A stretch of 64,000 nt of DNA from Salinispira sp. GTDB lineage: Bacteria; Spirochaetota; Spirochaetia; DSM-27196; Salinispiraceae. Each line of letters begins with the position of its first letter. Position 1 is the first letter of the stretch. The translations under genes and the position numbers were made by a program. Location of the stretch: assembly GCA_965226555.1 (NCBI GenBank), contig CBDDDG010000010.1:384001-448000 (forward strand). The letters are read 5' to 3'. The notes under the pieces were generated by a model. The model worked only from the letters and a program-made list of their open reading frames with translations, did not search any database and was not told the DNA's origin. Below, piece by piece: positions 10,046 through 20,475 of this stretch.

Positions 10046-12272
10046 ATGAGAATCAAATTTATGGGGGGGGGGGGGGGTAACTCTCCTCGCATTCTGCTCA
10101 ATGTTTATTGCATTGATGGCGGGATGTCCAATGCCGGAACCGGTGGTGGAACCACCCCCGCCGGGCACAATGGATGCCCCAAATCTTGAAGCGGGAGATG
10201 AGCAACTCATTGCAACATGGACTGCGCCAACAAACACCGGCGGCAGCGAAATTACCGGCTATGAGCTGCAATATAGCTCAGACGGCGGAACCACATGGTC
10301 GGATCCTCCTATTGAAGTCGCCGTGCCCGCCACAAAGACCATCATCACCGGCCTAATCAACGGCAGCAGTTATGAAGTACAGGTACGCGCACGGAACAGC
10401 GCGGGCGCAGGCGGCTGGTCGGACAGCGCATTAGCAAGCCCTGTTGCCGTTCCCCATGCTCCCGACTTGCCAACTCTTGAACCGGGAGATGGGCAACTCA
10501 TTGCGACATGGACTGCGCCGAGCAACGGCGGAAGCGCCATTACCGGCTATGAGCTGCAATATAGACAATATAGCGCAGACGGCGGAACCACATGGTCGGA
10601 TCCTCCTATTGAAGTCGCCGCGCCAGCCGCAAAGACCATCATCACCGGCCTAATCAACGGCAGCAGTTATGAAGTACAGGTACGCGCCGTCAACGCGCAG
10701 GGCGCAGGCGGCTGGTCGGACAGCGCATTAGCAAGCCCTGTTGCCGTTCCCCATGCTCCCGACTTGCCAAGCCTTACCGTGGAAAATGAGCAACTTCGCA
10801 TTTCATGGGCAGCGCCGACCAACACCGGCGGCAGCGACATTACCGGCTATGACCTGCGCTACGCACTAAACAATTCACCCCTGCCGGACGATCCGCAAAT
10901 TAGCAACACAAGCAATACCTCTCATACCATTATGCAACTGGAAATTGGCAGCCGCTACACCGTACAGGTGCGCGGCATCAACGCGCAGGGCAGGGGTTCG
11001 TGGTCAGAATCCGCAGCGAAAACATTCCCGCTCATTGCGACACAGGTGCCGGAGGGTACGGAGGTCTTTGTCATTCTTTCGACTGTTGACAACGCAATTG
11101 CCAATGCCGCAAACCCAAACATTACTGTGGTTCCGGTTACTTCCCCGGCATTAACGGTCGTCTTGCCGACAATTGATGCGGCTACCGGAATTATTATGGT
11201 TACCGCAAGCACAAGTCCCGGAACATATACGGTATCGGGCGCAGACGGAGGAAGCGAACTGTTCACCCCCGAAAAGTTCTCTGTTACCCTGAGTCCTCCT
11301 ACTAACGTTGCACTGAAAACAGCGGTAACTAATGGAATATCAAACTGGGGACAAACTGCCGACCTCAACTACATTCTTACTACGGCAATAACGGACATGT
11401 CCGAAGTGTTCAAAGATAAAACCGCATTCAATGGAAATATCTCGGGTTGGAATGTCAGCGCTGTAACAGATATGTCGGGGATGTTCCGTGGCGCAGGCGT
11501 ATTCAATGGAAATATCTCGGGCTGGACTGTCAGCGCGGTAACAGATATGTCGAGAATGTTCTACAACGCAGACGCATTTAATGGCGATATCTCGGGCTGG
11601 ACTGTCAGCGCGGTAACGGATATGTCCTATATGTTCAGTGGCGCAGTCGCATTCAATCGTGATCTTAATAATTGGACTGTCAGCGCTGTAACGGACATGT
11701 CGGGGATGTTCTACAACGCAGACGCATTCAATGGAAATATCTCGGGATGGACTGTCAGCGCGGTAACGGATATGTCGGGGATGTTTACTAACACATATGT
11801 ATTCAGTGGTAACATTTCCGGATGGGATGTCAGTTCGGTAACGGATATGTCGGGGATGTTCACTGCCGCAGGCGCATTCAATGGCGACATCTCCGGTTGG
11901 GATGTCAGTAAGGTAACGAATATGAGCAATATGTTCAATAACGCAGCATTCAATGGCAACATTTCCGGTTGGGATGTTAGTTCGGTAACGACTATGTATT
12001 CTATGTTCTTTTTTGCAAGCGCATTCAATGGCAACATCTCTAGCTGGGATGTCAGCTCGGTAACGAATATGTCCAGTATGTTCTTGTTTGCAAGCGCATT
12101 CAATCAGAATCTTACTGCATGGGGCGGGACAGATGCAGGGAGCTTACGGCGTGATCCTAATGATAATAGCAAATATGGAGTAACGGTAACGAATATGTTT
12201 ACGAGTTCCGGCGTTGTGGATACCGGGGGCGTGGGTGTTCCCAATTGGTATACTGAGATTATTGCCTATTAA
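10046..12272 (+). CDS. FN3 x3 + DUF285/BspA-like repeat surface lipoprotein; frameshifted at a G15 tract in the signal peptide
   Basis: GAGGAG RBS, ATG 10046, G15 at 10063-10077; with G14 the frame reads MRIKFMGGGGVTLLAFCSMFIALMAGC (lipobox); about 10 WxVSxVTDMSxMF repeats. Confidence 0.85.
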
Positions 12273-12348
12273 CGAGTTGCACCTACTGCCCGCCCAGCTC
12301 CCGCGATTGTGTTCTGCAAAATTTTCCAAACTTCAGCTCATTTAATTG

Positions 12349-12377
12349 TTGACACAACAGACTCAGCCTGATATGAT
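12349..12377 (+). promoter_or_regulatory. Sigma70-type promoter of rpsD
   Basis: TTGACA-17 bp-TATGAT with an upstream TG. Confidence 0.7.
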
Positions 12378-12391
12378 GACGGAGATACTAC

Positions 12392-12445
12392 CAAAGTTTT
12401 GCTACTGGAAATTGTGCAAGCACAATTTTCCAATGCAAAACTTTC
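12392..12445. repeat. Family 1 single-hairpin copy in the rpsD leader
   Basis: CAAAGTTTTGCTACTGGAAATTGTGCAAGCACAATTTTCCAATGCAAAACTTTC. Confidence 0.9.
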
Positions 12446-12471
12446 TACGCAATAGGTTGAGGAGCATTACA

Positions 12472-13086
12472 GTGGCAAGAAATAATACGGCAAGAGGTAA
12501 AATTGTTCGCCGTTTTGGGTTAAATATATTCGGAAATGTAAAATATGACAGACTCCTTCAAAGAAAGCCTGCTCCTCCCGGGGAACCGAAAAAAGGCCGC
12601 ATCCGACAATCGGAATATGGAAGGCAACTTGCCGAAAAGCAGAAAATGAAATTTTCCTATGGTCTTTCAGAACGCCAATTCCGCAATATTTTTAAAAAGG
12701 CAAAGCGTATGAAGGGCGTTACCGGACATAACATGCTCATCCTTCTTGAACGGCGCCTCGATAATGTTATTTTCCGGCTTACTATGGCTGGGAGCAGGGC
12801 GCAGGCGCGGCAGCTTGTCGGACATGGGCATGTATATGTAAATGATCGGAGACTCAACATTCCATCTGCCCTCCTGAGATCGGGAGATGTTATTTCCATT
12901 AAAGACCGCAACAGCTCAAGAGAAATGCTCCGTAAAAACCTTTCCGACAACAACGGCACCTCAATACCTCCATGGCTTGAACTGGAAGCGGATAACCTGA
13001 AGGCGCATATTAAAATGCTCCCAACACGGGATATGATCCCGACAATAGCGGAAGAACAGCTTATTGTTGAGTTTTACTCAAAATAA
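12472..13086 (+). CDS. rpsD: 30S ribosomal protein S4
   Basis: GTG start after GAGGAG; SEYGRQLAEKQK, LERRLDNVIFR, EQLIVEFYSK. Confidence 0.97.
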   Translation: MARNNTARGKIVRRFGLNIFGNVKYDRLLQRKPAPPGEPKKGRIRQSEYGRQLAEKQKMKFSYGLSERQFRNIFKKAKRMKGVTGHNMLILLERRLDNVIFRLTMAGSRAQARQLVGHGHVYVNDRRLNIPSALLRSGDVISIKDRNSSREMLRKNLSDNNGTSIPPWLELEADNLKAHIKMLPTRDMIPTIAEEQLIVEFYSK

Positions 13087-13139
13087 TCGGTATTCAGCGC
13101 CCTTTCAGGGGCGCCGGAGCACTGTCGGCGTGTTGGGTT

Positions 13140-13430
13140 TTACTCAAAAGTTTCTGTATCAATAACTGCTGAATAGCCAATCTTATCTACCAACTGAATA
13201 ATACTGTCAATTGTCTCCCGCCGTCCATCATACTCAAGCTGAATTTGCGATGTATTTCTATCTACATAGCATTCTCGAACGCCCGAAAACTTTCGTCCGA
13301 CATGTTCAATGGTATATACACAACTTGTGCAGTTTGCTCCGGTGATATTAATGAGCGCCTTTTTTATTTCTCCACTGAGTACAGCCCTTTCTGTCTTTTT
13401 CTTCCATAGCATACCTATGCCTCCCCACAA
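13140..13430 (-). CDS. Heavy-metal-associated (HMA/CopZ-like) domain protein
   Basis: ITGANCTSCVYTIE CxxC motif, GYSA at the C-terminus. Confidence 0.75.
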   Translation of the reverse strand: MWGGIGMLWKKKTERAVLSGEIKKALINITGANCTSCVYTIEHVGRKFSGVRECYVDRNTSQIQLEYDGRRETIDSIIQLVDKIGYSAVIDTETFE

Positions 13431-13528
13431 GAAAATTTCTATCCGAAAAATAGCATGAAACCGCCCGTTTCGGCAATAGACCCTTCATTTATCTGAAAAT
13501 ATGCCGACATTTGAACCGGAGGGTTACA

Positions 13529-14044
13529 ATGAAAATGCCTGTTACTCTCGGTATATGTTTTATGGTTCTCGTTCAACTATCGGCACATACCGTAATGGTT
13601 ACCTACGATGTAACAATTAATGATGAATCGGCAGAAGTACTATATGCAGTACGCGCCAGCGCCGAACTGGAGAGCAGTATCATGGGAGAATTGTTTGACC
13701 TTGGGCATATTGTTTTCAATCATCCGGGAACCATATACCTCGGGGCAGCCGCAGAAACAGGGGCAGCCGCAGAAAAACAAAACTTCAGAAATACGGTTTT
13801 ACAGCGGAGCATTGTTGCTGCCAGAGGCGGCGCAGACCTTTTTATGTATCTTAATCTTCATTTTGAAGGAAAGCAGGAAGATGATATGTATTTGAGCCGT
13901 CTCGAATATGAAATTTCCCGAATTGGAATTGGACAGCCGGTACTTGATAATGCCCACATTCAGTATGCATCTTCACCACGGATAGATCCCGCAGATGCTT
14001 CACGGATGTTTTTTAATTTTATTGAGGAAAAAAGTATTTTCTAA
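13529..14044 (+). CDS. Hypothetical exported protein
   Basis: GGAGG RBS, signal-peptide-like N-terminus. Confidence 0.6.
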   Translation: MKMPVTLGICFMVLVQLSAHTVMVTYDVTINDESAEVLYAVRASAELESSIMGELFDLGHIVFNHPGTIYLGAAAETGAAAEKQNFRNTVLQRSIVAARGGADLFMYLNLHFEGKQEDDMYLSRLEYEISRIGIGQPVLDNAHIQYASSPRIDPADASRMFFNFIEEKSIF

Positions 14045-14056
14045 CAATTAAGGATT

Positions 14057-15799
14057 ATGGATATGAACAAAAAAATTTTGACGGTTCTTATAACAATTTT
14101 TATGGGCGCAGCTCTCAGCGCGCAATACATTCATATGGTAATAGCTGCCACAGGAGATGAAGACGAATTTCCAACTGAAGGATATTATGCGGCGAGTAAC
14201 ACATTTTCCCGAAACAGCCTCGTTGAATTGAAGGATCCGGAAGATGGAAAAAGCATACATGTTATTATCGCAAAACGTCTTAACAGCTCGGGGAATGTCA
14301 TTGTGCTGTCTCAGCAGGCTGCCGATTTTTTCGGAATAAACCGGCAAAACCCCGTTTCTCTGCTCGCATCGCTCATTAGTATACCCGATGTAACAAATAT
14401 CAGCCCCGGCAGCGATCGCCCATACAGCATTGATCCAGAAATAAATCCCGGCGCTGCATTCGATGATCCACATGTGTTCACTTTTTCTTCTGATATTTCT
14501 GATGTTCCTGATATCACCCTGACTCCGACTGATCCCCCAACTGCCGATCCGCTCTCCGCAGAACTTCCAGCCCCGATACCCCCCGCCCCTGTCTCTGCTC
14601 CGGCGCCAGCAGAAGCCTCAACCCCAATCTCCGCAACCATTGTCGATGCCGGCGTTGAACCCCCCAATGCTCCCTCTGCACAGGAACCGCTCGGAAACAG
14701 GGCATTCCCCCTTCCGGAAACTGCCGGTCAGGAAGAAATTGTCGATGTCGGTGTTGAGCCCCCCAATGCCCCCCCGACACCGGAACCACTCGGAAACAGG
14801 GCATTCCCCCTTCCAGAAACTGCCGGTCAGGAAAAAATTGATGCCGGCATTGAGCCCCCCGATGCTCCCCCGACACCGGAACCATTCAGAAATAGGGCAT
14901 TTCCCATTCCGGAAACTGCCGCTCAGGAAAAAATTGATGCCGGCATTGAGCCCCCCAATGCTCCTCCCCTACGGGAAATTGATCGCAGCTCCTTTGCTAT
15001 TGCGCACATTGAAGAACCCATCCCCGAACGTGAAAAGCCAACGGAACGTGAAAAGCCAATGGAAGATGAAATAATTGTTTCTCCTGAGGCAACAGATACT
15101 GACCCAATTGATGAAACTGATCCGGTGGAACAGGAAAAAATTGAAGCGAGCATTCCTCTTCCTGATGCTCCTCCAGCGCAGGAAGTTGACCCCAGTTCCT
15201 TTACCATTGCGCAAAGCACTTCGCTCATTGATACTGAGGACATTGAAGAACCGCTCCCTGAATTTGAAAGACCCATGGAAGATGAAATAATTGTTTCTCT
15301 CGAAGCGGCAGAATTCCGAAGCCCTCCCGCCGATCCGGTGGAGGATCTTACTATTGATAGTTCACATCTCCTCACATCTCTTGAAGAAACTCCCGAAAAA
15401 ATAGCTGCCGTCCCCGAAAATCTCCCTAAAAATCTCCCTAAAACTGATGGAGAACCTGAACCTATTGATCCTCTTCCCGTAGAAGAACCTCCGCAAACAG
15501 CAGCAGCCGACTCCATGCCCGATATGGAATGGGCAGAAAACAATCTTCCCCTAGTTTACACTCTCCAGTCCAACAAGTATTATCTCCAAGTAGGCGCTTT
15601 TACGAACCCGCGGGGGGCGAAAGATTTCCTCGAAACGGTTTCTCCCGGGTATCCGCTCATTGTTCTCCCTATTACGCAGGGCGAAAACAAGCTGTACGGC
15701 GTGCTCGTGGGGCCGCTCAGTAACGATGAAAAGGGAATTGCGCTATATTGGTTTAAAACCCGAGGGTATCAGGATGCCTTTCTGCGCGAAGGAGCCTGA
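14057..15799 (+). CDS. SPOR-domain protein with Pro/Glu-rich repeat linker
   Basis: Signal peptide; C-terminal YYLQVGAF...YGVLVGPL SPOR motif; about 33-aa repeats at 14639-14970. Confidence 0.8.
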   Translation: MDMNKKILTVLITIFMGAALSAQYIHMVIAATGDEDEFPTEGYYAASNTFSRNSLVELKDPEDGKSIHVIIAKRLNSSGNVIVLSQQAADFFGINRQNPVSLLASLISIPDVTNISPGSDRPYSIDPEINPGAAFDDPHVFTFSSDISDVPDITLTPTDPPTADPLSAELPAPIPPAPVSAPAPAEASTPISATIVDAGVEPPNAPSAQEPLGNRAFPLPETAGQEEIVDVGVEPPNAPPTPEPLGNRAFPLPETAGQEKIDAGIEPPDAPPTPEPFRNRAFPIPETAAQEKIDAGIEPPNAPPLREIDRSSFAIAHIEEPIPEREKPTEREKPMEDEIIVSPEATDTDPIDETDPVEQEKIEASIPLPDAPPAQEVDPSSFTIAQSTSLIDTEDIEEPLPEFERPMEDEIIVSLEAAEFRSPPADPVEDLTIDSSHLLTSLEETPEKIAAVPENLPKNLPKTDGEPEPIDPLPVEEPPQTAAADSMPDMEWAENNLPLVYTLQSNKYYLQVGAFTNPRGAKDFLETVSPGYPLIVLPITQGENKLYGVLVGPLSNDEKGIALYWFKTRGYQDAFLREGA

Positions 15800-15829
15800 T
15801 ATCGGCATGGGAATGGGAGCAGCACATCA

Positions 15830-17938
15830 ATGTCCGTCAATCAAAATCAGAATCAGACTCACATCCGAATGTCTGACCGAATATCCGAACTGGCAGAAAA
15901 AATCCGGCAGTACGATTATGAATACTATGTGCGTTCGGCTCCCTCAATAGGCGACAGAGAATATGATCATCTTTTTGATGAACTGCAACGTCTTGAAGAA
16001 CAATTTCCTGAGCTGATCCGCACCGATAGCCCCAGTCAACGGATCGGTTCCGATCTCACAAATACCTTCCCTGAGATCGCTCATACCATTCCTGTTCTCA
16101 GTCTCGATAAGGCATATTCAATGGAAGAAATACAGGTGTGGATTACCCGATGCAGCCGGGGAATGACCGAAGTCTTTCACCTGACAATTGAGGAAAAAAT
16201 GGACGGCTCAAGTCTGGTGCTCTACTATGAAAAGGGCATCCTCGTTCGGGCGCTCACCCGGGGAAACGGAGAGCAGGGAAACGACATTACCCAAAATGTC
16301 AGAACCATTCATTCAATACCGCTCAGGCTGAATACTTCCGAAAATGTCGCCATACGCGGCGAGGTGTACATCGGCATAAGCGATTTCGAAAAGATTCGTT
16401 CCACACGCGCAGGCGATTATGCGAACCCGAGAAATTTTGCAAGCGGCAGCCTCCGACGCATAAAGAGCTCCGAACTCGGCCGCATTCCCCTTCGCTTTTT
16501 TGCCTATGACCTGCACGGACAGAATTTCACCCGCTCTCATACCGAAAACATGCGCATTCTCGCCTCACTGGGAATGCCGGTAAACCCTCATCAGAAAACC
16601 ATAGCTATTCAGCCCGGCGATACCGCGAAACTATCGGAGAGCCTTAAACACATAGAAAATTTTATTACCGGCAGAGCCGAAGTCCGCGCGAAGCTCAATT
16701 ACGAAATTGACGGAATGGTTATAAAAATTGATGAAATGCCCCTCCGCGACCGCCTTGGGAGCACCGGACACCACCCCCGCTGGGCAATTGCGTACAAGTT
16801 TGAAAGCCCTCAGGGAATTACCATTGTTCAGGGTATTGATATTCAGGTTGGACGTACCGGACGGGTAACACCGGTTGCGCGGGTTAAGCCTGTGTTTGTC
16901 GGCGGCACTACTATCCGCAATGTTACCCTGCATAATCAGGACTATATACATGCCCTTGGTCTTGCGGTTGGCGATACCGTGAGTGTCTCCCGCCGCGGGG
17001 ATGTTATTCCTGCTGTCGAATGCGTGCTGGAGAAGGGAAATGAGATATCTTGGGACATGCCGCCCGCCTGCCCCTTCTGTTCAGGCATTCTCCGCAAAGA
17101 TGGTGCTCATCATTTTTGCCCGAATTTTGACTGCCCTGCCCGTAAGAAGGGGCGGATTATCTTTTTTACCGGCAGGAATCAGATGGACATTGAGAATCTT
17201 GGCTCTGAAACCGTTGCCGCGCTCATTGATGAAGGAATTATACAGGATATTCCCGATATTTTTTGTCTCGATTATGATCGGATACGCGCCCTCCCCGGCT
17301 TCGGAGAAAAAAAGGTACAGCTCATTCGGGAAGGTGTTGAAAAGGCGCTCACGCAGCCCTATCGGCGTATTATGATCAGCCTCGGCATTTCAGACTTTGG
17401 CCCGAAACTTGCCGAACTGCTGGAAGAGCATTCGTATAGGAGCATAGCTTCCCTGTTCACCCTTCTCGATGCACATGATGAGCGCAGCCTCACCGACATA
17501 AAGGGAATTGGCGAAAAAACCGTTCAGACCATATCACAGGAAATGCGGGAACCGCGATTCAGGGATATGATAGATAGGCTTACGGAGCTCGGGTTGGTGT
17601 TCACGGCAGATGATGGGCGCGCGGGCGCGGAAGATACGCAGATTGGGGGCGGCGCAGATCGAGGCGCGCAGATCGGGGCGGCGCAGATTGGGGCGGCGCA
17701 GATTTTTTCTTCTCAGCGATGGTGCGTGACCGGCAGCTTTGAAGCATTCAAACCTCGTTCGCTGGCAATTGAAGAAATAAAAAAGAGGGGCGGAGACGTA
17801 ACCTCGGACGTAACGGGAAAAACCACCCACCTCCTTGCCGGAAATTCGGCGGGCAGTAAGCTTGCGAAGGCGCAAAAACTCGGGATCGCAATTGTGCATG
17901 AGAATGAATTTATTACTGCGCTGAAGGAAGAAAAGTAA
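15830..17938 (+). CDS. ligA: NAD-dependent DNA ligase
   Basis: EEKMDG active-site motif, GRTGRVTP, Zn finger, C-terminal BRCT. Confidence 0.97.
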   Translation: MSVNQNQNQTHIRMSDRISELAEKIRQYDYEYYVRSAPSIGDREYDHLFDELQRLEEQFPELIRTDSPSQRIGSDLTNTFPEIAHTIPVLSLDKAYSMEEIQVWITRCSRGMTEVFHLTIEEKMDGSSLVLYYEKGILVRALTRGNGEQGNDITQNVRTIHSIPLRLNTSENVAIRGEVYIGISDFEKIRSTRAGDYANPRNFASGSLRRIKSSELGRIPLRFFAYDLHGQNFTRSHTENMRILASLGMPVNPHQKTIAIQPGDTAKLSESLKHIENFITGRAEVRAKLNYEIDGMVIKIDEMPLRDRLGSTGHHPRWAIAYKFESPQGITIVQGIDIQVGRTGRVTPVARVKPVFVGGTTIRNVTLHNQDYIHALGLAVGDTVSVSRRGDVIPAVECVLEKGNEISWDMPPACPFCSGILRKDGAHHFCPNFDCPARKKGRIIFFTGRNQMDIENLGSETVAALIDEGIIQDIPDIFCLDYDRIRALPGFGEKKVQLIREGVEKALTQPYRRIMISLGISDFGPKLAELLEEHSYRSIASLFTLLDAHDERSLTDIKGIGEKTVQTISQEMREPRFRDMIDRLTELGLVFTADDGRAGAEDTQIGGGADRGAQIGAAQIGAAQIFSSQRWCVTGSFEAFKPRSLAIEEIKKRGGDVTSDVTGKTTHLLAGNSAGSKLAKAQKLGIAIVHENEFITALKEEK

Positions 17939-17940
17939 TA

Positions 17941-18091
17941 GAAACTTTTGCATAAAGCAAAAGTTTCCGATCTGGAATGCTTTCTTTGTGCTTAGCATTC
18001 TCCAATTTTATAGAAAGTTTTGCATTTTGCAAAACTTTGTAATAGGAACAAAGTTTTGCTACTGGAAATTGTGCAAGCACAATTTTCCAAT
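17941..18091. repeat. Family 1 composite palindromic element
   Basis: Three hairpins plus the GAATGCTTTCTTTGTGCTTAGCATTC spacer. Confidence 0.9.
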
Positions 18092-18137
18092 GGTCTGAAA
18101 AAATTTGTTGGGGAAATTCTGGGGGATTCACATGGGA

Positions 18138-18166
18138 TTGACTGCCGTAAAAATATTGAGTATGCT
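18138..18166 (+). promoter_or_regulatory. Putative sigma70 promoter of the lipoprotein gene at 18258
   Basis: TTGACT-17 bp-TATGCT. Confidence 0.5.
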
Positions 18167-18176
18167 AAGTGCATAA

Positions 18177-18230
18177 CAAACTTTGGCTACTGGAAATTGC
18201 GCAAGCGCAATTTTCCAATGCAAAAGTTTC
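18177..18230. repeat. Family 1 single-hairpin copy
   Basis: GCTACTGGAAATTGCGCAAGCGCAATTTTCCAATGCAAAAGTTTC. Confidence 0.9.
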
Positions 18231-18257
18231 TGTCATGAACTTTCAGGAGGAATTATC

Positions 18258-20031
18258 ATGAAAATTAATTTTGATTTTATCCGTTTACCAAAAATTGTTT
18301 TTGCGTTTACGGTTTGTTCTGTGTTTATTGCGCTGCTTGCCGGATGTCCGATGCCGGATTCGCCCCCTGCCATGTTCGCGCCGACCCTCGAAGCGGGGGA
18401 ATGGACAACTGACTGCCACATGGGTCGAGCTGGCAGCTATATGGAATGCGGTAGACGACAAGGATGGCAAAAACGTCATTACCTCGTATAATCTGCGTTA
18501 CAGTGAAGTTGGTAGTGGAAGCTGGACGGAGATCACCTCCGGTATTACCGGCGCAAGCCATACCATTAGCGAGCTGATAAACGGCGTCAGTTACTCCGTG
18601 CAGGTGCGCGCCGTCAACGCGGGAGGTGCGGGCACGTGGTCAGCATCGTCCACGGCAACACCTATTGCTTCCCTTCCTGCCGCGTTGGCTGCTCCCACCC
18701 TTGTTGCGGGAGACGGTCAACTGACCGTTACATGGACAGCGCCGACTGATACCGGCGGCAGCGACATTAGCGCATACCACCTGCGTTATAGGGAAGACGG
18801 CAGCGGAAGCTGGGAAATTATTACCGAAGGCATTGACGGTACAAGCCACGTCATTAGCGACCTGACAAACGGCACTGTCTATGAGGTACAGGCGCGAGCG
18901 ATCAACGCGGACGGAGGAATTGGCGCATGGTCGGAATCTGCCGTTTCAACTCTCCCTGCCCTTGCCACTGTTCCTGACGCGCCGGTTGCCCCAACCCTTT
19001 ATGCGGGCACTGGGCGGATCGTTGCGAGATGGTCTGCGCCGGAAGACAACGGCAGCGCCATTACCGGGTATGAATTGCAGTATCGCATAGGCGGCGGAGC
19101 ATGGACGGAAATTACCGAAGGCATCACCGACACAGACCACACCATGACAAACCTGACAAACGGCATTGTTTACGGAGTACAGGTGCGTGCTGTCAATGCA
19201 GTCGGCACTGGCCCATGGTCTGCGCCCGTAGCGGGAACGCCACTATTTTCTCCGACACAGACTCCCTCGGGTGAGGGAAAATCTATAAGCCTTTCGGTTG
19301 CCCAGAATGCCCTTACTAATGCCATTATTGCCAATGAGAACCTCAGCGTTTCTTTGACGACGGGCACTTACACGGTCAATGGAGGAGACCTTATGGTAAC
19401 CACCGTAACTCCGCCCGGAACGGTCACCATTCCGACAGTTAATGCGAGTACCGGAATTGTTACGGTTACCGCGAGTACAACGGCAGGAACATATGTAGTA
19501 TATGGTGAAACCGAAAGCGGAGACATACTCTTTGCCGAATATCTCTATGTTACCGTGAGTCCTACTACTAACGCTCAACTGAAAACAGCGGTAACTACCT
19601 GGGGCGATACTGCCGATTTCAACTACATTATTACCACTGCGGTAACGGATATGTCCACTGTTTTCAAGGGTAAGACCGCATTCAATGGCGATATCTCGCT
19701 CTGGGATACTACAGCGGTAACGACTATGTACGAAATGTTCCGTGCTACAAACGCATTCAATGGCGATGTCTCAAGATGGGATGTCAGTTCGGTAACGAAT
19801 ATGGGCTATATGTTCTATGGAACAGGTGTGTTCAATGGCGATATCTCCGGCTGGGATGTCAGTTCGGTAACAGATATGCCCTCTATGTTCCATTTCGCAA
19901 TCACATTCAATCAGAATCTTGAGGCGTGGAAGGAACATTTGACGCTTGATGGCAATGGCAAATATACTGGAGATAAAACGATTATGTTTTGGGGTTCCGG
20001 CTTGGACGGTAATGAGCCGTCATGGTATTAG
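18258..20031 (+). pseudogene. FN3 x3 + DUF285/BspA-like lipoprotein, +1 frameshift at G5 (18395-18399)
   Basis: 5' part near-identical to the gene at 22658, which has G4 at this site; LLAGC lipobox. Confidence 0.8.
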
Positions 20032-20032
20032 T

Positions 20033-20190
20033 TTCATAACCCATAGCCCGTAGCGGCTATTGAAACGCGGCAATTCAACTCAGGCAGGCGCGGGGCTGGT
20101 CGCGCCTGCCTTTTTTCGATCAAGTGACGGCGTTGCGCGCCTGCACGCCCAAGCATCCGGCTCGCCATGCGGCGGGATCAGGTTAATATC
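20033..20190. repeat. GC-rich family 2 repeat downstream of lipoprotein gene
   Basis: AGCGGCTATTGAAA...CAATTCAACTCAGGCAGGC...GCCTGCCTTTTTTCGAT; includes a hairpin + T-run (terminator-like). Confidence 0.8.
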
Positions 20191-20475
20191 CCAAAATAAT
20201 AAAACTTTTTACAAAAATTTCCCATTTTGTCATACACTATTCATATTTTACCCGTCTATATGGTATGGGGAAAAAATATATCGGTATGGTACATGACAAA
20301 AGCTGGAAATATGTTTTCGGGAATGCTCAGATATTCAGGGATTTCATATATTCATACTTCAACAAAGACCTCGCGCTGAGCATTGTTCCCGGGAGTATGC
20401 TGAGCATCAACCCTGAATTTATCCACAAAGGCGAACTCAGGCATTCCATCTCCGATGTCATTTACAAAACTACGT

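Noticed and set aside
11390..12110. Diversity-generating retroelement acting on DUF285 repeats
   Set aside because: No reverse transcriptase in the window, no non-coding template repeat, and differences are not confined to adenines
12346..12471. N-terminal extension of S4 in the ORF track (and similar extensions at 43651, 28249, 48225)
   Set aside because: These are read-through of promoters, leaders or elements; better RBS-linked starts lie downstream
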